Positions 12,429-22,859 are shown, numbered from the stretch's first letter. The stretch: DNA of 64,000 nt from Alphaproteobacteria bacterium (GCA_964291265.2 OZ219747.1:2464001-2528000); one strand, 5' to 3'. Numbers and translations: made by a program. Notes: generated from the sequence alone by a model not told the origin.

Positions 12429-14822
12429 ATGCATGAAGAATCAAAACACAACGCGCGACTCGACCCGCTTGCCGATCTCATCGATTCCGTCGATCGGCCC
12501 GGCGACTACTGTGCGCATGGCCAAGTCCTTGCTCCGATGCCGCGAATCCGGGTGGGCACGGGCGAGATCCTGTCGTTTCCCATCCCTCCTGCGCAGGCGG
12601 TGGCGCTGATCGAATCGGCTTCAAGGGCGCCCTATGGCCGTGGTCCGGAGACGATCGTGGATCGCACGGTTCGCGATTGCTGGCAGATCGAACCCGGTCG
12701 GGTCGAGGTGGGCGGTCGTGCATGGCCCGAGACGCTGCGCGACATCCTGAGGCGGACCGCCGAAGGCTTGGGCTACTCGTCGGAGGCGGTGTCGGCGAGC
12801 CTGTACAAGGTTCTGATCTACGAAAGGGGCGGGTTCTTCGCACCGCACCGCGACACGGAAAAAACCGACGGGATGGTCGCCACTCTGGTGATTTCGTTGC
12901 CCGTGGCGGGCACCGGTGGAGAACTGGTTGTCCGTCACCGGGACCGGGAAACCACCGTCGACATGCTAACCGACGAACCCTCGGAACTGGTGTATGCCGC
13001 CTTCTATGCGGACTGCGAGCACGAAATCCACCCCGTGACCGAAGGATACCGAGTTTGTCTGGTCTATAATCTGGTGGTCGAGGAAGGCAGGAGCGTTCCG
13101 ACGAAGGCACCGGATTACGGCACCAAGGTGGCCGCCATTGCGGATGAGCTCGACGCCCGTTTCCGCGACCCCGAATCAGCCGCGAAGCTCGTCTGGATGC
13201 TTGAGCACGACTACAGCGAGGCCGGACTCTCGTTCCGCACCCTGAAGAACACGGACAGCGCCGTCGGACGGGTGATGATGGAGGCCGCCCGGCGTGCCGG
13301 TTGCGTGCTGCACGCTGCAACCGTGCACATCGAGGAACACGCCTCGGTCATCTGGTACGGCGGCTGGGAGCACGAGACCGAAGATGTCGATGAGAGCGAC
13401 TACGATTTGGTGGAGACTGTCGATTCCCTCCGTTGGCTCGATGGTTGGGTGTGCGCCGACGGTATGTCGGCGGAGTACGGCAAGCTGGAACTGTGCGATG
13501 GCGAACTGATGCGGGCGGACGAGCTTGCAGACGAGGAGCCCGACTCGCATCGCCTGTTCGAAGCCACGGGAAACGAGGGGGCCAGTGTCGAACGACTCTA
13601 CCGTCGGGCCGCGCTGGTGGTCTGGCCGCAGGCGGAGAGCATGAAGGTGCTGGCTCCTGCGGGCGGTGGCGCCCTGGTGTCGTTTGTGGAGGCCGAACGG
13701 GATCGGGAACGGGCAGGGACGGGTACTGGCCGTTCGGTCCGGGACTGGGCCTGCGAATTGGCGAAGGCATGGCCGAAACCCTCACCCACTCTCCATTACC
13801 TGAAGGGCGGCATCGGATCGTGGCGGGAACACTGTGTGAAGGCCCTGCAACTGCTGCACGCGATCGGCAACCGAAGCGCAGTGGCGCACTTTCTCGAAAC
13901 CGTGGTGCTGCCTTACTACGGGGCTGCCATGAACGATGCGTTGGTGGCCGTCATCTCACGAGAAGACGCAAGGGAGATGGGTGTTCTCTTGGACCGACTG
14001 GTGCGTTCCCAACTCGGTCGGGAGATCGATGGTATCCTGAACCTCATATGCATCCTCTGCGAGCGATTGGACGGTGGGAGAGACACGCCTTGGCGGCCGG
14101 TTCTGCGGGAGACCGTACTGGTTGCCTGTGCGTCGCTTCACGCCCTTTGCCGACCTCGCGATGATGCCCGGGGCACGAGGACGGAGAACCGCATGGTGCC
14201 TGTTTCCGTAGACACTCTACAGGCGCTCTTTCGCCTGGTGTGGCGGTACGATCTGGAGCAGCAGGCGTCCGAGGCGGCATCCTTCTTCAGGGCTCAACCC
14301 GATCTGCTTCCTCCTGACCGGAACGTGCCGACCCTGCTGGCCGCTCTGCACACAGAGCACGGCAATGGCCGAACCGGAACCAGCGCGGCGTTCGAGGCGC
14401 TGTGGCGGCACGGGGCCGCGTTCCTTTTGTGCCGGAGCAGCCATCCACCCGCGCCGCCAAAGGACTGGACCCTTCCGATAGATGGCCTCCGGTGCTCGTG
14501 CGAGCGGTGCGACGCTTTGCGTCAGTTCTGCCTCGACGGCGAAGCGCGGGTTCGGCATTTCGCGGTTCGGCAGGACTTGAGAAGCCACCTCAGGCAGCAG
14601 ATCGAAACCAGCGGAATCGACATGTGTTACAAAACCGAGAGGCGGGGCAACCCGCACCGTCTCGTTTGTACCAAGACTCGTGCCAGCCATGAAAATCGCA
14701 TGCAACAGTACAACGGCGACATCGTCGAAATGCGCCGGCTGATAGGGCTGGCAAGGAGTGTGCCCGGTGTTGCCGGCGTGGCGGAGGATCTGAGTGCAGC
14801 CGTCGGGCGGGCGCAGAGTTAG
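12429..14822 (+). CDS. Large 2OG-Fe(II) oxygenase-domain protein (~800 aa)
   Basis: LYKVLIYERGGFFAPHRDTEK (HxD), DCEHEIHPVTEGYRVCLVYNL (distal H and R); C-terminal CSCERC motif; start could be 12396. Confidence 0.85.
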   Translation: MHEESKHNARLDPLADLIDSVDRPGDYCAHGQVLAPMPRIRVGTGEILSFPIPPAQAVALIESASRAPYGRGPETIVDRTVRDCWQIEPGRVEVGGRAWPETLRDILRRTAEGLGYSSEAVSASLYKVLIYERGGFFAPHRDTEKTDGMVATLVISLPVAGTGGELVVRHRDRETTVDMLTDEPSELVYAAFYADCEHEIHPVTEGYRVCLVYNLVVEEGRSVPTKAPDYGTKVAAIADELDARFRDPESAAKLVWMLEHDYSEAGLSFRTLKNTDSAVGRVMMEAARRAGCVLHAATVHIEEHASVIWYGGWEHETEDVDESDYDLVETVDSLRWLDGWVCADGMSAEYGKLELCDGELMRADELADEEPDSHRLFEATGNEGASVERLYRRAALVVWPQAESMKVLAPAGGGALVSFVEAERDRERAGTGTGRSVRDWACELAKAWPKPSPTLHYLKGGIGSWREHCVKALQLLHAIGNRSAVAHFLETVVLPYYGAAMNDALVAVISREDAREMGVLLDRLVRSQLGREIDGILNLICILCERLDGGRDTPWRPVLRETVLVACASLHALCRPRDDARGTRTENRMVPVSVDTLQALFRLVWRYDLEQQASEAASFFRAQPDLLPPDRNVPTLLAALHTEHGNGRTGTSAAFEALWRHGAAFLLCRSSHPPAPPKDWTLPIDGLRCSCERCDALRQFCLDGEARVRHFAVRQDLRSHLRQQIETSGIDMCYKTERRGNPHRLVCTKTRASHENRMQQYNGDIVEMRRLIGLARSVPGVAGVAEDLSAAVGRAQS

Positions 14823-15071
14823 GCCGCTTGATGTGTTGAGGTCCGTCCGGAGGATTCTGGTAGGTGACGGCCGGAGCGCCGTCACTGAGCCATCGCTTCA
14901 GTTGAACGGTTCTCGGCATGCCCGTTCGGCCCAAGGTGGGTTCAGCAGACGGGCAGTGTTCCGCACTCCGGATCGTCCTGTGTCGTAACTACCCAGGTAC
15001 CTCGTCAGGTCTGAGTCTGTGTTGACGTTGGGTGCGGTTTTGGTGTCGTCGGTTTGTTGATTCTGCGCGTC

Positions 15072-15100
15072 TTGACTTACTAGGCCGGTGAGCCTATGAG
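15072..15100 (+). promoter_or_regulatory. Putative IS-internal promoter for methyltransferase-transposase
   Basis: TTGACT-17 bp-TATGAG, followed by a CCCTC/GAGGG hairpin over the SD. Confidence 0.45.
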
Positions 15101-15128
15101 TTGCCCTCTGTCATGAGGGGAGCGGCCG

Positions 15129-15798
15129 TTGGGGTACTTCGGATCGAAGGCGACGCCGGGTTTGTGCCAGGCGCTGATTGCGATGATGCCGCCGCACTCT
15201 GTCTACATTGAGAGCCATCTGGGGGGCGGCGCGCTGATGAAGCGCAAGCCTGCGTCTGTGCGCTCGATCGGGATTGACCGTGATGAGCGTGCGCTTGAGG
15301 CCTTTGAGTGCGCTTATCCGGTGGAGTTGGTGCACGGCTGTGCTCACTCCTTCCTGGCTTCGTTCCCGTTTCTGGGTCCGGAGCTGGTCTACAGCGATCC
15401 GCCCTATCTGCACGCGACGCGGCGTTCGTCGCAGCGCTACCGCTTCGAGTACGAGGAGGCGGACCATGTTGCGCTCCTTGAACTGCTCAAGGGCCTGCCC
15501 TGTCAGGTGATGGTCTCGGGCCACCCGTGAAGCGCTCTATGACGATCTTCTGGCGGGCTGGCGCCGGGTGGCGCTGCAGGTGACGACCCAGGCCCAGGTG
15601 CGGACCGAGGTGGTATGGTTCAACTTTGCTCCCGACCGGGTGCACTGGTCGCGCTACGCGGGGCGGAACTTCACCGCCCGCCAGTGCATCAAGCGCAAGG
15701 CGGCCAACTGGGGGCGGCGCTATGAGGCCATGCCGCCGGGGGAACGTCTGGCCGTGCTGGCGGCGATCATGGCCGTCGAGGCCGGGGAGGGTTCGTGA
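15129..15798 (+). pseudogene. N6-adenine DNA methyltransferase (Dam/D12-like), interrupted at 15528
   Basis: YFGSK, ESHLGGGA (SAM binding), YSDPPY (catalytic); after TGA 15528-15530 the sequence continues in the +1 frame as ALYDDLLAGW...RTEVVWFNF. Confidence 0.85.
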
Positions 15799-17336
15799 CC
15801 GTCTCGCGCTGGCGCGAGGACCTCGCCGCCCATGACGAGGCCTTCGTGGGCCTGCAGGATCTGTTCAGTCCACACTCCTTCGCCGTGACTGCCGTCAAGG
15901 CCCTCCGGGATTGGGGCCAGGGGATGTTGCGCCTGAGCGTGGCGCTGGTCGGGGAGATCGAGGCGCTGGAGCGGGAGAACACCGGCTTGCGCGAACGGAT
16001 TGATGCACTCGAGCGCAGCGCCGCGCTCGACAGCTCCACCAGCTCCAAGCCACCGGCCAGCGACGGTCCGAAGAAGAAGAGCGGAAACCGACAGAAGCGC
16101 ACCCGGAGCCAGCGCGGCAAGTCCGACAGGCCCAGTGGCGGTCAGCGCGGCCACGAGGGAGTCACCCTGAAGCAGGCCGAGAACCCGGACCACGTCGTCG
16201 ATCATGCCCCATCCGCCTGTAAGGGCTGCGGCGCGGCGCTGTCGGATGATGACCGTCACGCAGAACCCGTCTGTCGGCAGGTCTTCGACATGCCCGAGCC
16301 GCAGCCCCTCGAGGTCACCGAACATCGCGCCCATCGCTGTCTCTGCGCCGCCTGCGGCGCCGTGACAACAGCCGCCTTCCCGCACGGCGTGAGCGCCCCG
16401 GTCCAGTACGGGCCGCGCATCACCGCCTGGGTGACCTACCTGTTGCACGCCCAGTTCATTCCCGAGAAGCGCGTCGCCGAGGTCATGAGCGACCTCTCCG
16501 CCGTCAGGATCTCAACCGCCACCATCGCCGCCATGGGCAGGCGCACCGCCCGGCGCTTCGAGAGCTTCCTCGATCATGTCGCAGAGATCATCCGCACCCA
16601 AGCCCCGGTCAAACACCTCGACGAGACCGGTATCCGCATCAACGGCCAGACCCACTGGCTCCATGTGCTGTGCACCCCCTTGCTCACCATCCTGCGCATC
16701 GCCACCGGGCGCAAACACATCGACGAGACACTCAACGGCATCGTCATCCATGACGACTTGGCCACTTACTTCACTCTCGAGGGCGTGCGCCACGGTGCCT
16801 GCAACGCCCATCGCTCGCGCGAACTCCAGGCTCTGATCGAGATCGAGAAGGAAGACTGGGCCACCGCCATGCACAGGCTCCTCACCCGTGCCAACAGAGC
16901 CGCCCGCTTCGCCCGCAAGAACGACCGCGACATCCCCGCTTCACTCCTCGCCCGCATCTCGCAAGCCTGGGACAGGATCCTCGAGCAGGCCATCGCTTCC
17001 CACGAACAGAGGCCGCCGCTCCAGCCCGGAAAGCGCGGACGACGAAAACGCCGCATCGGCCACAACCTCGCGCTTCGCCTTCAGAAGCACAAGGACGGCT
17101 GCCTGCGCTTCCTCACCAACCCGCAAGTCCCGTTCTCCAACAACCAGGCCGAGCAAGACTTCCGCATGAGCAAGCTGCGCCAGAAAATCTCGGGCGGCTT
17201 CCGATCCATGCAGGGCGCATGGGACTTCGCCAAGCTGCGATCCGTCATCTCCATCGCCCGAAAACAGGGCTGGAATGTCCTCGAAACACTGGCCCACCCC
17301 GATCCCATACAGCTGATCCCGAAACTGCGCTTCTGA
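15795..17336 (+). CDS. IS66 family transposase (TnpC-like)
   Basis: Coiled coil, SSKPPASD, CxxC...CxxC zinc finger, HLDETG, CNAH..REL, NNQAEQDFR..K..QKISGGFRS. Confidence 0.95.
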   Translation: MTVSRWREDLAAHDEAFVGLQDLFSPHSFAVTAVKALRDWGQGMLRLSVALVGEIEALERENTGLRERIDALERSAALDSSTSSKPPASDGPKKKSGNRQKRTRSQRGKSDRPSGGQRGHEGVTLKQAENPDHVVDHAPSACKGCGAALSDDDRHAEPVCRQVFDMPEPQPLEVTEHRAHRCLCAACGAVTTAAFPHGVSAPVQYGPRITAWVTYLLHAQFIPEKRVAEVMSDLSAVRISTATIAAMGRRTARRFESFLDHVAEIIRTQAPVKHLDETGIRINGQTHWLHVLCTPLLTILRIATGRKHIDETLNGIVIHDDLATYFTLEGVRHGACNAHRSRELQALIEIEKEDWATAMHRLLTRANRAARFARKNDRDIPASLLARISQAWDRILEQAIASHEQRPPLQPGKRGRRKRRIGHNLALRLQKHKDGCLRFLTNPQVPFSNNQAEQDFRMSKLRQKISGGFRSMQGAWDFAKLRSVISIARKQGWNVLETLAHPDPIQLIPKLRF

Positions 17337-17943
17337 CATCCCTCCTCGGCGCCATCAGACCGCAGCCATCAATCCACCTCCCGTCAGGACTCGGCGAAAT
17401 CAGACCTGGGCAGTTACCCTGTGTCTGCCTTGATGCCCGAATCCAGCTGCACTCGACAGGATGTCGGTGGGTCGGGTCGCTCTCAAGACAAGCGATCAGA
17501 GTGCGGCGTTGTTTGTTCGCCCGCCATTGTGCGACGTGCGCACCCGATGCCTTCGCGGAATCGCTCGCCGGGTGCGCACAGTGTGCCGTGGTCTGGACAT
17601 GGCTTTCGAGCGAGCAACTTCCCGATCGTCGGCAGGTGTATCGTCGGGGGCCAGGGCGCGGAACGCAGAGCTGTGGCGTAGCTCATGGAATCACGCATCG
17701 TCCAGGTTCGTGCAGGCCATGACAACGGCTCCGGGAGACCATCCACCAAGCGCGTGCGGCGGCGGAGCCAGTCGCCGTGGGAAGCACCGGAAGCGCGTTC
17801 GATCGCCTCGCACATTGCGCTCGTCTCGGCCTGTCCGGGGCTGGCGCCCTTGTCTGAACTCCTGCTCCTGAGCGTGGTGCGTGGGCAGGCGCAGGGTCTC
17901 GTTCCGGAGTGCAATGTTGCCTGCCGGACCACTGGGCTTGTCT

Positions 17944-18414
17944 TCACTCCTGTTCGCTGCGTTCCTGATCAAAGCGGCGACGACCCAGACGCGCCTGATA
18001 GTCATGCCCGCGCCAGCCCGCGCGGAACAGCCACTGTTCTTCCGGTTGCCGTCGGGCGAGCGCCGGGGAGACTTCCACCTCGTCGAAGCCGCTGCGCCGG
18101 ACCATGGCGTACTGATCGGCGAGGATGTGGCCTGCCGCACGCAGCCGGCCCCGGTAGCCCAAGAGCCGCAGGCAGCGAGCCAGCGAGAAACCGCGGCCGT
18201 CCGTGTGCGACTGGAATGAAACGCGAATGAGTGCAATGCGCTCGAAGTGTGGCACGAAATCCTCGGCCGTCGCCGTGTTCTCGACATCGAGCGCAACCCC
18301 CTCAGGCAGGGCAGCGTGATCGTCCTCTCGACTCCAGCGGACAAACTCGCCGTGCCAGTCGTCGTCATGAAAACCGGTGTCGCGAACGAGAATCCCGGAG
18401 ACCACGCTTCCCAC
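17944..18414 (-). CDS. DUF934 domain protein (sulfite reductase-associated)
   Basis: F..HTDGRGFSLARCLRLLGYRGRLRAAGHILADQY..RRSGFD; position after cysI. Confidence 0.85.
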   Translation of the reverse strand: MGSVVSGILVRDTGFHDDDWHGEFVRWSREDDHAALPEGVALDVENTATAEDFVPHFERIALIRVSFQSHTDGRGFSLARCLRLLGYRGRLRAAGHILADQYAMVRRSGFDEVEVSPALARRQPEEQWLFRAGWRGHDYQARLGRRRFDQERSEQE

Positions 18415-18416
18415 GG

Positions 18417-20086
18417 CTAGCGCCCTGCGATCGGAGCGGTGTCGGGATAGAGCGCCGCCTTGAAGGGCTGCATGCCGACGCGCCGGTATGTTGAGAGAAA
18501 GGCCTCGTCCTCGTTGGACCGGAGGTCGAGGTAGGCATCGATCAACCGCTCCACGGCAGGGATGATGTCGTCTGCCGCGAAGCCAGGGCCGGCGCGTTCA
18601 CCGAGCGCGGTCGTTTCCGTTCCGTCGCCACCGAGAGTGATCTGGTAGTTCTCTGCTCCGGCGCGGTCGAGACCAAGAATGCCGATGTGCCCGACATGGT
18701 GGTGCCCGCAGGCGTTGATGCAGCCGGATATCTTGATCTTGAGATCGCCGATCAGGCGCTCGTCCCCACGCTCCTTCATCCGGGTGGCGATGCCCTGGGC
18801 AATCGGGATGGAGCGGGCGGTAGCGAGGTTGCAGTAGTCCAGCCCGGGGCAGGCAATGATGTCCGATGCCAGCCCGACATTGGCGGTCGCGAGATCCGCC
18901 TTGCGCAGTGCTGCATGAAGCGCCGGCACATCGCGCTTGTGCACGTGGGGCAGAATGCAGTTCTGTTCATGGCTGATCCGGATTTCGTCATGGCCATATC
19001 GCTCCGCCAGGTCGGCGATGACGCGCATCTGTCCTGCGGTGGCATCGCCCGGCGTGGCGCCGTGGGTCTTGAGCGAGATGGTGACGATTGCGTACGCGGG
19101 ATTCCGGTGCGGGCAGAGGTTGGAATCGACGAACGATCGGAAAACCGGGTCGTGCGCAAGCGTCGCGTCGAATGCTCCTGTCGGCGCCTCGATGAATGCC
19201 GGCGCCGCGAACATCGCGCCGATGCGCTTCAAGAGAGCCTGGTGCGTACCGCGGAACGCCTTGCGTTGAATCAGGAAGCGTTGCTCGACACGGTCGCGGA
19301 AGGCCTCGAACCATGCTCGTTGACCGTGATCTTGATGCGCGCCTTGTACTTGTTGTCGCGGCGCCCGATGGTGTTGTAGACCTGCAGGATGGACTCGACG
19401 TAGGGTAGCAGGTCAGCCTCAGGCAGGTAGTCGCGGATGACCGAGCCTATCACCGGGGTGCGCCCGAGCCCGCCGCCCACCACAACCTCGTAGCCGATCT
19501 CATCCGCCTCATTGCGGATCATGCGCAGACCGATGTCATGAGCGCGGGTCACGGCACGGTCGACCGGGGAACCGCTCACTGCGATCTTGAACTTTCTCGG
19601 CAGGAACGCGAATTCCGGGTGATCCGTCGACCATTGCCGGAGCAGTTCGGCGGTCGGGCGGGGGTCGGCGACCTCGTCGGCGGCCGCACCGGCAAAATGG
19701 TCGGCTGTAATGTTGCGCACACAGTTGCCGGACGTCTGGATTGCATGCATCCCGACGTCCGCGAGAGCGTCGAGAATATCCGGCACGTCCTTGAGCCTGG
19801 GCCAGTTGAACTGGACGTTCTGACGCGTCGTGAAGTGTCCGTAGCCCTTGTCCCAACGTTCCGCGACTTGGGCCAGCTGGCGCATCTGCCGACTGTCCAG
19901 CGTTCCGTAAGGAATGGCCACACGAAGCATGTAGGCGTGCAACTGCAGGTAGAGCCCGTTCATCAGTCTGAGGGGCTTGAACTCCTCTTCGGTCAGGGAA
20001 CCTTCAATGCGGCGCTCCACCTGCTGGCGGAACTGCGCGACCCGTCTGCGTACGAATTCCCGGTCGAAGCTGTCGTATCTGTACAC
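18417..20086 (-). pseudogene. cysI: Nitrite/sulfite reductase hemoprotein, split by a 1-bp deletion near 19309 (possibly a sequencing error)
   Basis: RLMNGLYLQLHAYMLRVAIPYG, HFTTRQNVQ, ACPGLDYCNLA, ISGCINACGHHH; adding one base after GAG CAT GGT joins the two ORFs. Confidence 0.9.
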
Positions 20087-20089
20087 GCG

Positions 20090-20392
20090 TCAACTCCCCG
20101 CCTGCTTGCCATGGCAGTAGTTGGAGGGCCCGGTCGCGCGAAGGACCTCCCGGATGTGAACCGGTTCTGGTCCCCGGTGACCTTCACGCACAGCCGCCAT
20201 CAGATAGGGCCCGACAACGGCATCTTCTTGCGCCTCGGCTGCTGCAAGGCTTCGGTGCGCTTCGCCTTCGTCCTCGAAGAGGTAGGCATCAACCGGGCGG
20301 CGCGTCCAGGCGCCATCGGGCGCAAGATAGACCACGCCGCCATCGAAGAGGTCGTTCGCGGTGAGAACGCACGGCTTGAAGGCGCGGGCCAT
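20090..20392 (-). CDS. DUF2849 domain protein
   Basis: VLTANDLFDGGVVYL...VVGPYL...HIREVLRATGPS; conserved position between cysG and cysI. Confidence 0.85.
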   Translation of the reverse strand: MARAFKPCVLTANDLFDGGVVYLAPDGAWTRRPVDAYLFEDEGEAHRSLAAAEAQEDAVVGPYLMAAVREGHRGPEPVHIREVLRATGPSNYCHGKQAGS

Positions 20393-21795
20393 CACACGGC
20401 CTCCCGACTGACCTCGAGGTCCGCCTGCCCCTTGCGCATGGCGGCGCGAGGCAGGACTCCGAGCATCAAGACCACCGGCCCCCCAGGACGTGTCTCGTCC
20501 AGCGCGTCGGGCAGATCGAGAAGCGTCGTTGAGACGATCCGCTTGTCCTGGCGCGAAGCGTTCTCGATGATCGTGATCGGCGTCGATGGCGCAGCCCCGC
20601 GCATCAGAAGTCGTCCGCGCAGGAAGGCGGCCGCGCGCTTGCCCATGTAGACCGCGGCGACGGATCCGGGCCGGGCAAGGGTGGTCCAGTCATGCTCGGC
20701 GAACCCGTCAACGTCACGGGCCGCGATGAGGCGAAGCTCCGAGTTGCGACCGCGCCGCGTCAGCGAGACACCCATGTCCGCAGCCGCGCCAGCGGCCGCC
20801 GTGATTCCCGGAACAACCTCCCAAGGGATGCCCGCGGCCTCCAGCACCTGGATCTCTTCGTCCAGCCTGCCGAACACCGCCGGATCGCCGGACTTGAGGC
20901 GGATCACGTGCCCTCCTTCCCGGGCGCGGCGCACCAGCAGCGCGTTGATGCGCGCCTGCGACCACGACGGGCCGTATCCGGACTTGCCTGCGCAGATGCG
21001 TTCCGCTTCCCGTCGTGCGAGCTCAAGCACCTGTACCGAGACCAGTCGGTCATGCACCACGATGTCCGCCTCGTGCAGACGGTTGCGCGCCTTGAGAGTG
21101 AGCAGTTCCGGGTCGCCTGGCCCCGCGCCCACGAATGAAACCAGACCGGAAGGGCGCGTCGCGGCGGCAGTCTCATCAAGCAGCGAACGGAGCGCTTCCA
21201 GGGCGCCGTTCCTGCCCTCCCTGGCATAGCTCCGGGGGCCGCGCCGGAAGAAGTACTCTGACCAGAACGCCCGTCGCATCCGGCCCGAAGGCACGCCTTC
21301 GCACCTGCTCCGGAATACCTGTGCGATGCGCGCGAGCGGTCCCAGGGACATCGGCAGTTGCGCCTCGATTGCCGCCTTGAGGCTTCGGGCCAGCACCGGG
21401 GCGGTCCCTTCCGTTCCGATGGCCACCGTGACCGGATCGCGGTCCACGATGGCGGGCGTCGTGAAGTCGCTGTCCTTGAGATTGTCGACGATGTTGACGG
21501 GAATCCTGCGCCGCCTCGCCAGTGCGCCAACGCGCGCATCCTCCGAGGCATCGTTGCTTGCGCAGTAGACGAGCGCGGCACCGTCGAGGTCGCCGGTCAC
21601 AACGCGGCGCCAGACGTGGCGCAACGCGCCGTCGCGGTGCCACGCCAGGATCTGCTGATCCGGGTCGGGACCGAACACCGAGATCTCGGCGTCGCTCTTC
21701 AGCAGCAGGCGCAGCTTGGCCACCGCAGCCTGCCCGGCGCCAGAGATGACAGCCCGTCGGCCCGCGAGGCGGAGGAAGATCGGGAAATGCTGCAC
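20392..21795 (-). CDS. cysG: Siroheme synthase
   Basis: HFPIFL N-terminus, DFTTPAIVDRDPVTVAIGTEG, VGAGPGDPELLTLKA, RLKSGDP; GTG start inferred. Confidence 0.95.
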   Translation of the reverse strand: MQHFPIFLRLAGRRAVISGAGQAAVAKLRLLLKSDAEISVFGPDPDQQILAWHRDGALRHVWRRVVTGDLDGAALVYCASNDASEDARVGALARRRRIPVNIVDNLKDSDFTTPAIVDRDPVTVAIGTEGTAPVLARSLKAAIEAQLPMSLGPLARIAQVFRSRCEGVPSGRMRRAFWSEYFFRRGPRSYAREGRNGALEALRSLLDETAAATRPSGLVSFVGAGPGDPELLTLKARNRLHEADIVVHDRLVSVQVLELARREAERICAGKSGYGPSWSQARINALLVRRAREGGHVIRLKSGDPAVFGRLDEEIQVLEAAGIPWEVVPGITAAAGAAADMGVSLTRRGRNSELRLIAARDVDGFAEHDWTTLARPGSVAAVYMGKRAAAFLRGRLLMRGAAPSTPITIIENASRQDKRIVSTTLLDLPDALDETRPGGPVVLMLGVLPRAAMRKGQADLEVSREAV

Positions 21796-21941
21796 GGCGA
21801 CTGCCCGTTGTCGTTTTCTCAAGGGGTCCGACAACTGTACGGTTTTTCTGGACCTGAGACAACACTCCTATACAATTGGGATGATTTTCACGAATACGAG
21901 CGCGTTACGGAAATATCTTTACGCACGTTGCGGAGGTGGAG

Positions 21942-22403
21942 ATGGCAGTCCAGCTCGATGGTGTCGACCGGAAAGTTCTTGCGGCAATGCAGGAGGACGC
22001 TTCGCGCTCCCTTGATGACATCGCGGAGAAGGCCGGCGCCTCTCGGACGTCGGTGTGGCACAGAATACGGAAGCTTCGGGCTGCCGGGATCATTCGACAG
22101 AACACGGTTCTCCTCGACCCCGACAAGCTGGGACTGGAGGCGTGCTTCTTCGTGCTCATCCGGACTTCCGAACACCAGAAGGACTGGCAGGACCGGTTCC
22201 TGGAGACGCTGAAGGGGCGCCCGGAGGTGATGGAAGCCCACCGTCTGGCGGGCGATGTCGACTACATCCTCAAGGTCCGCGTGGAAAACGCCAGGGCCTA
22301 TGACGATTTCTATCAGGCGCTCATTTCCCAGGTGAAGATCTTCAACATCACCTCCCTTCTGTCCATGGAGGAAATCAAGTCGTCGACCGAGTTGCCTCTG
22401 TGA
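21942..22403 (+). CDS. Lrp/AsnC family regulator (DecR-like)
   Basis: LDGVDRKVLAAMQEDA...HTH, HRLAGDVDYILKV; divergent from cysG. Confidence 0.92.
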   Translation: MAVQLDGVDRKVLAAMQEDASRSLDDIAEKAGASRTSVWHRIRKLRAAGIIRQNTVLLDPDKLGLEACFFVLIRTSEHQKDWQDRFLETLKGRPEVMEAHRLAGDVDYILKVRVENARAYDDFYQALISQVKIFNITSLLSMEEIKSSTELPL

Positions 22404-22859
22404 GTGCAGGATGATGGCAGGCGCGCCTTGGCACGTGGCGAACACCGATCGGAGTTCGAAACAGCCAGCCGGTCGACCAGGTGGCGGACCCGGCGCCGGT
22501 CGAACCCAGCATGCTTCCCACTTGCGCCAGGTTGATCGCGATGCGTCGCTCGGCGAGACCACTTGGCGTCAATGTGTCGGGGAGAGAAGCACCCGCTCAT
22601 CGCATCGCGGCGGCGCCGAACCAAACGTTCGGGCCGCCATGTCGTTCACTGCAGCGTCGGGATGCTGAAACAGGTCTTGGCCGCATCCGCTTGCGTCACT
22701 GCGTCCGTTGCGCCGTAAGAGAGCTGAGCACCTGCGATCATGCGGCCAGCCCAAGGACGCCCGGACTCGTCGGACGGCTGTTGACGCAATCCGTTCGTGC
22801 CGGCTGGAACCAGTTGCGCATTCGCACCGAGGCTGGAGCGCGTATCAAACCAGTGACGG

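Larger units (their letters stand above)
14985..17417 (+). mobile_element. Complete IS66-family element (2433 bp) with a methyltransferase passenger gene
   Basis: Terminal inverted repeats GTAACTACCCAGGT / GTAACTGCCCAGGT (13/14 match); identical 8-bp flanks CCTGTGTC at 14977-14984 and 17418-17425. Confidence 0.93.

Noticed and set aside
15520-15540. Programmed frameshift in the IS-borne methyltransferase
   Set aside because: CAC CCG TGA is not a recognised slippery site and re-pairing in the new frame is poor; mutation or error is simpler.
17676-17720. tRNA-like fragment (GGCGTAGCTCA...GGTTCG) as a possible attR
   Set aside because: It is too short, forms no cloverleaf, and does not match the tRNA-fMet 3' end.
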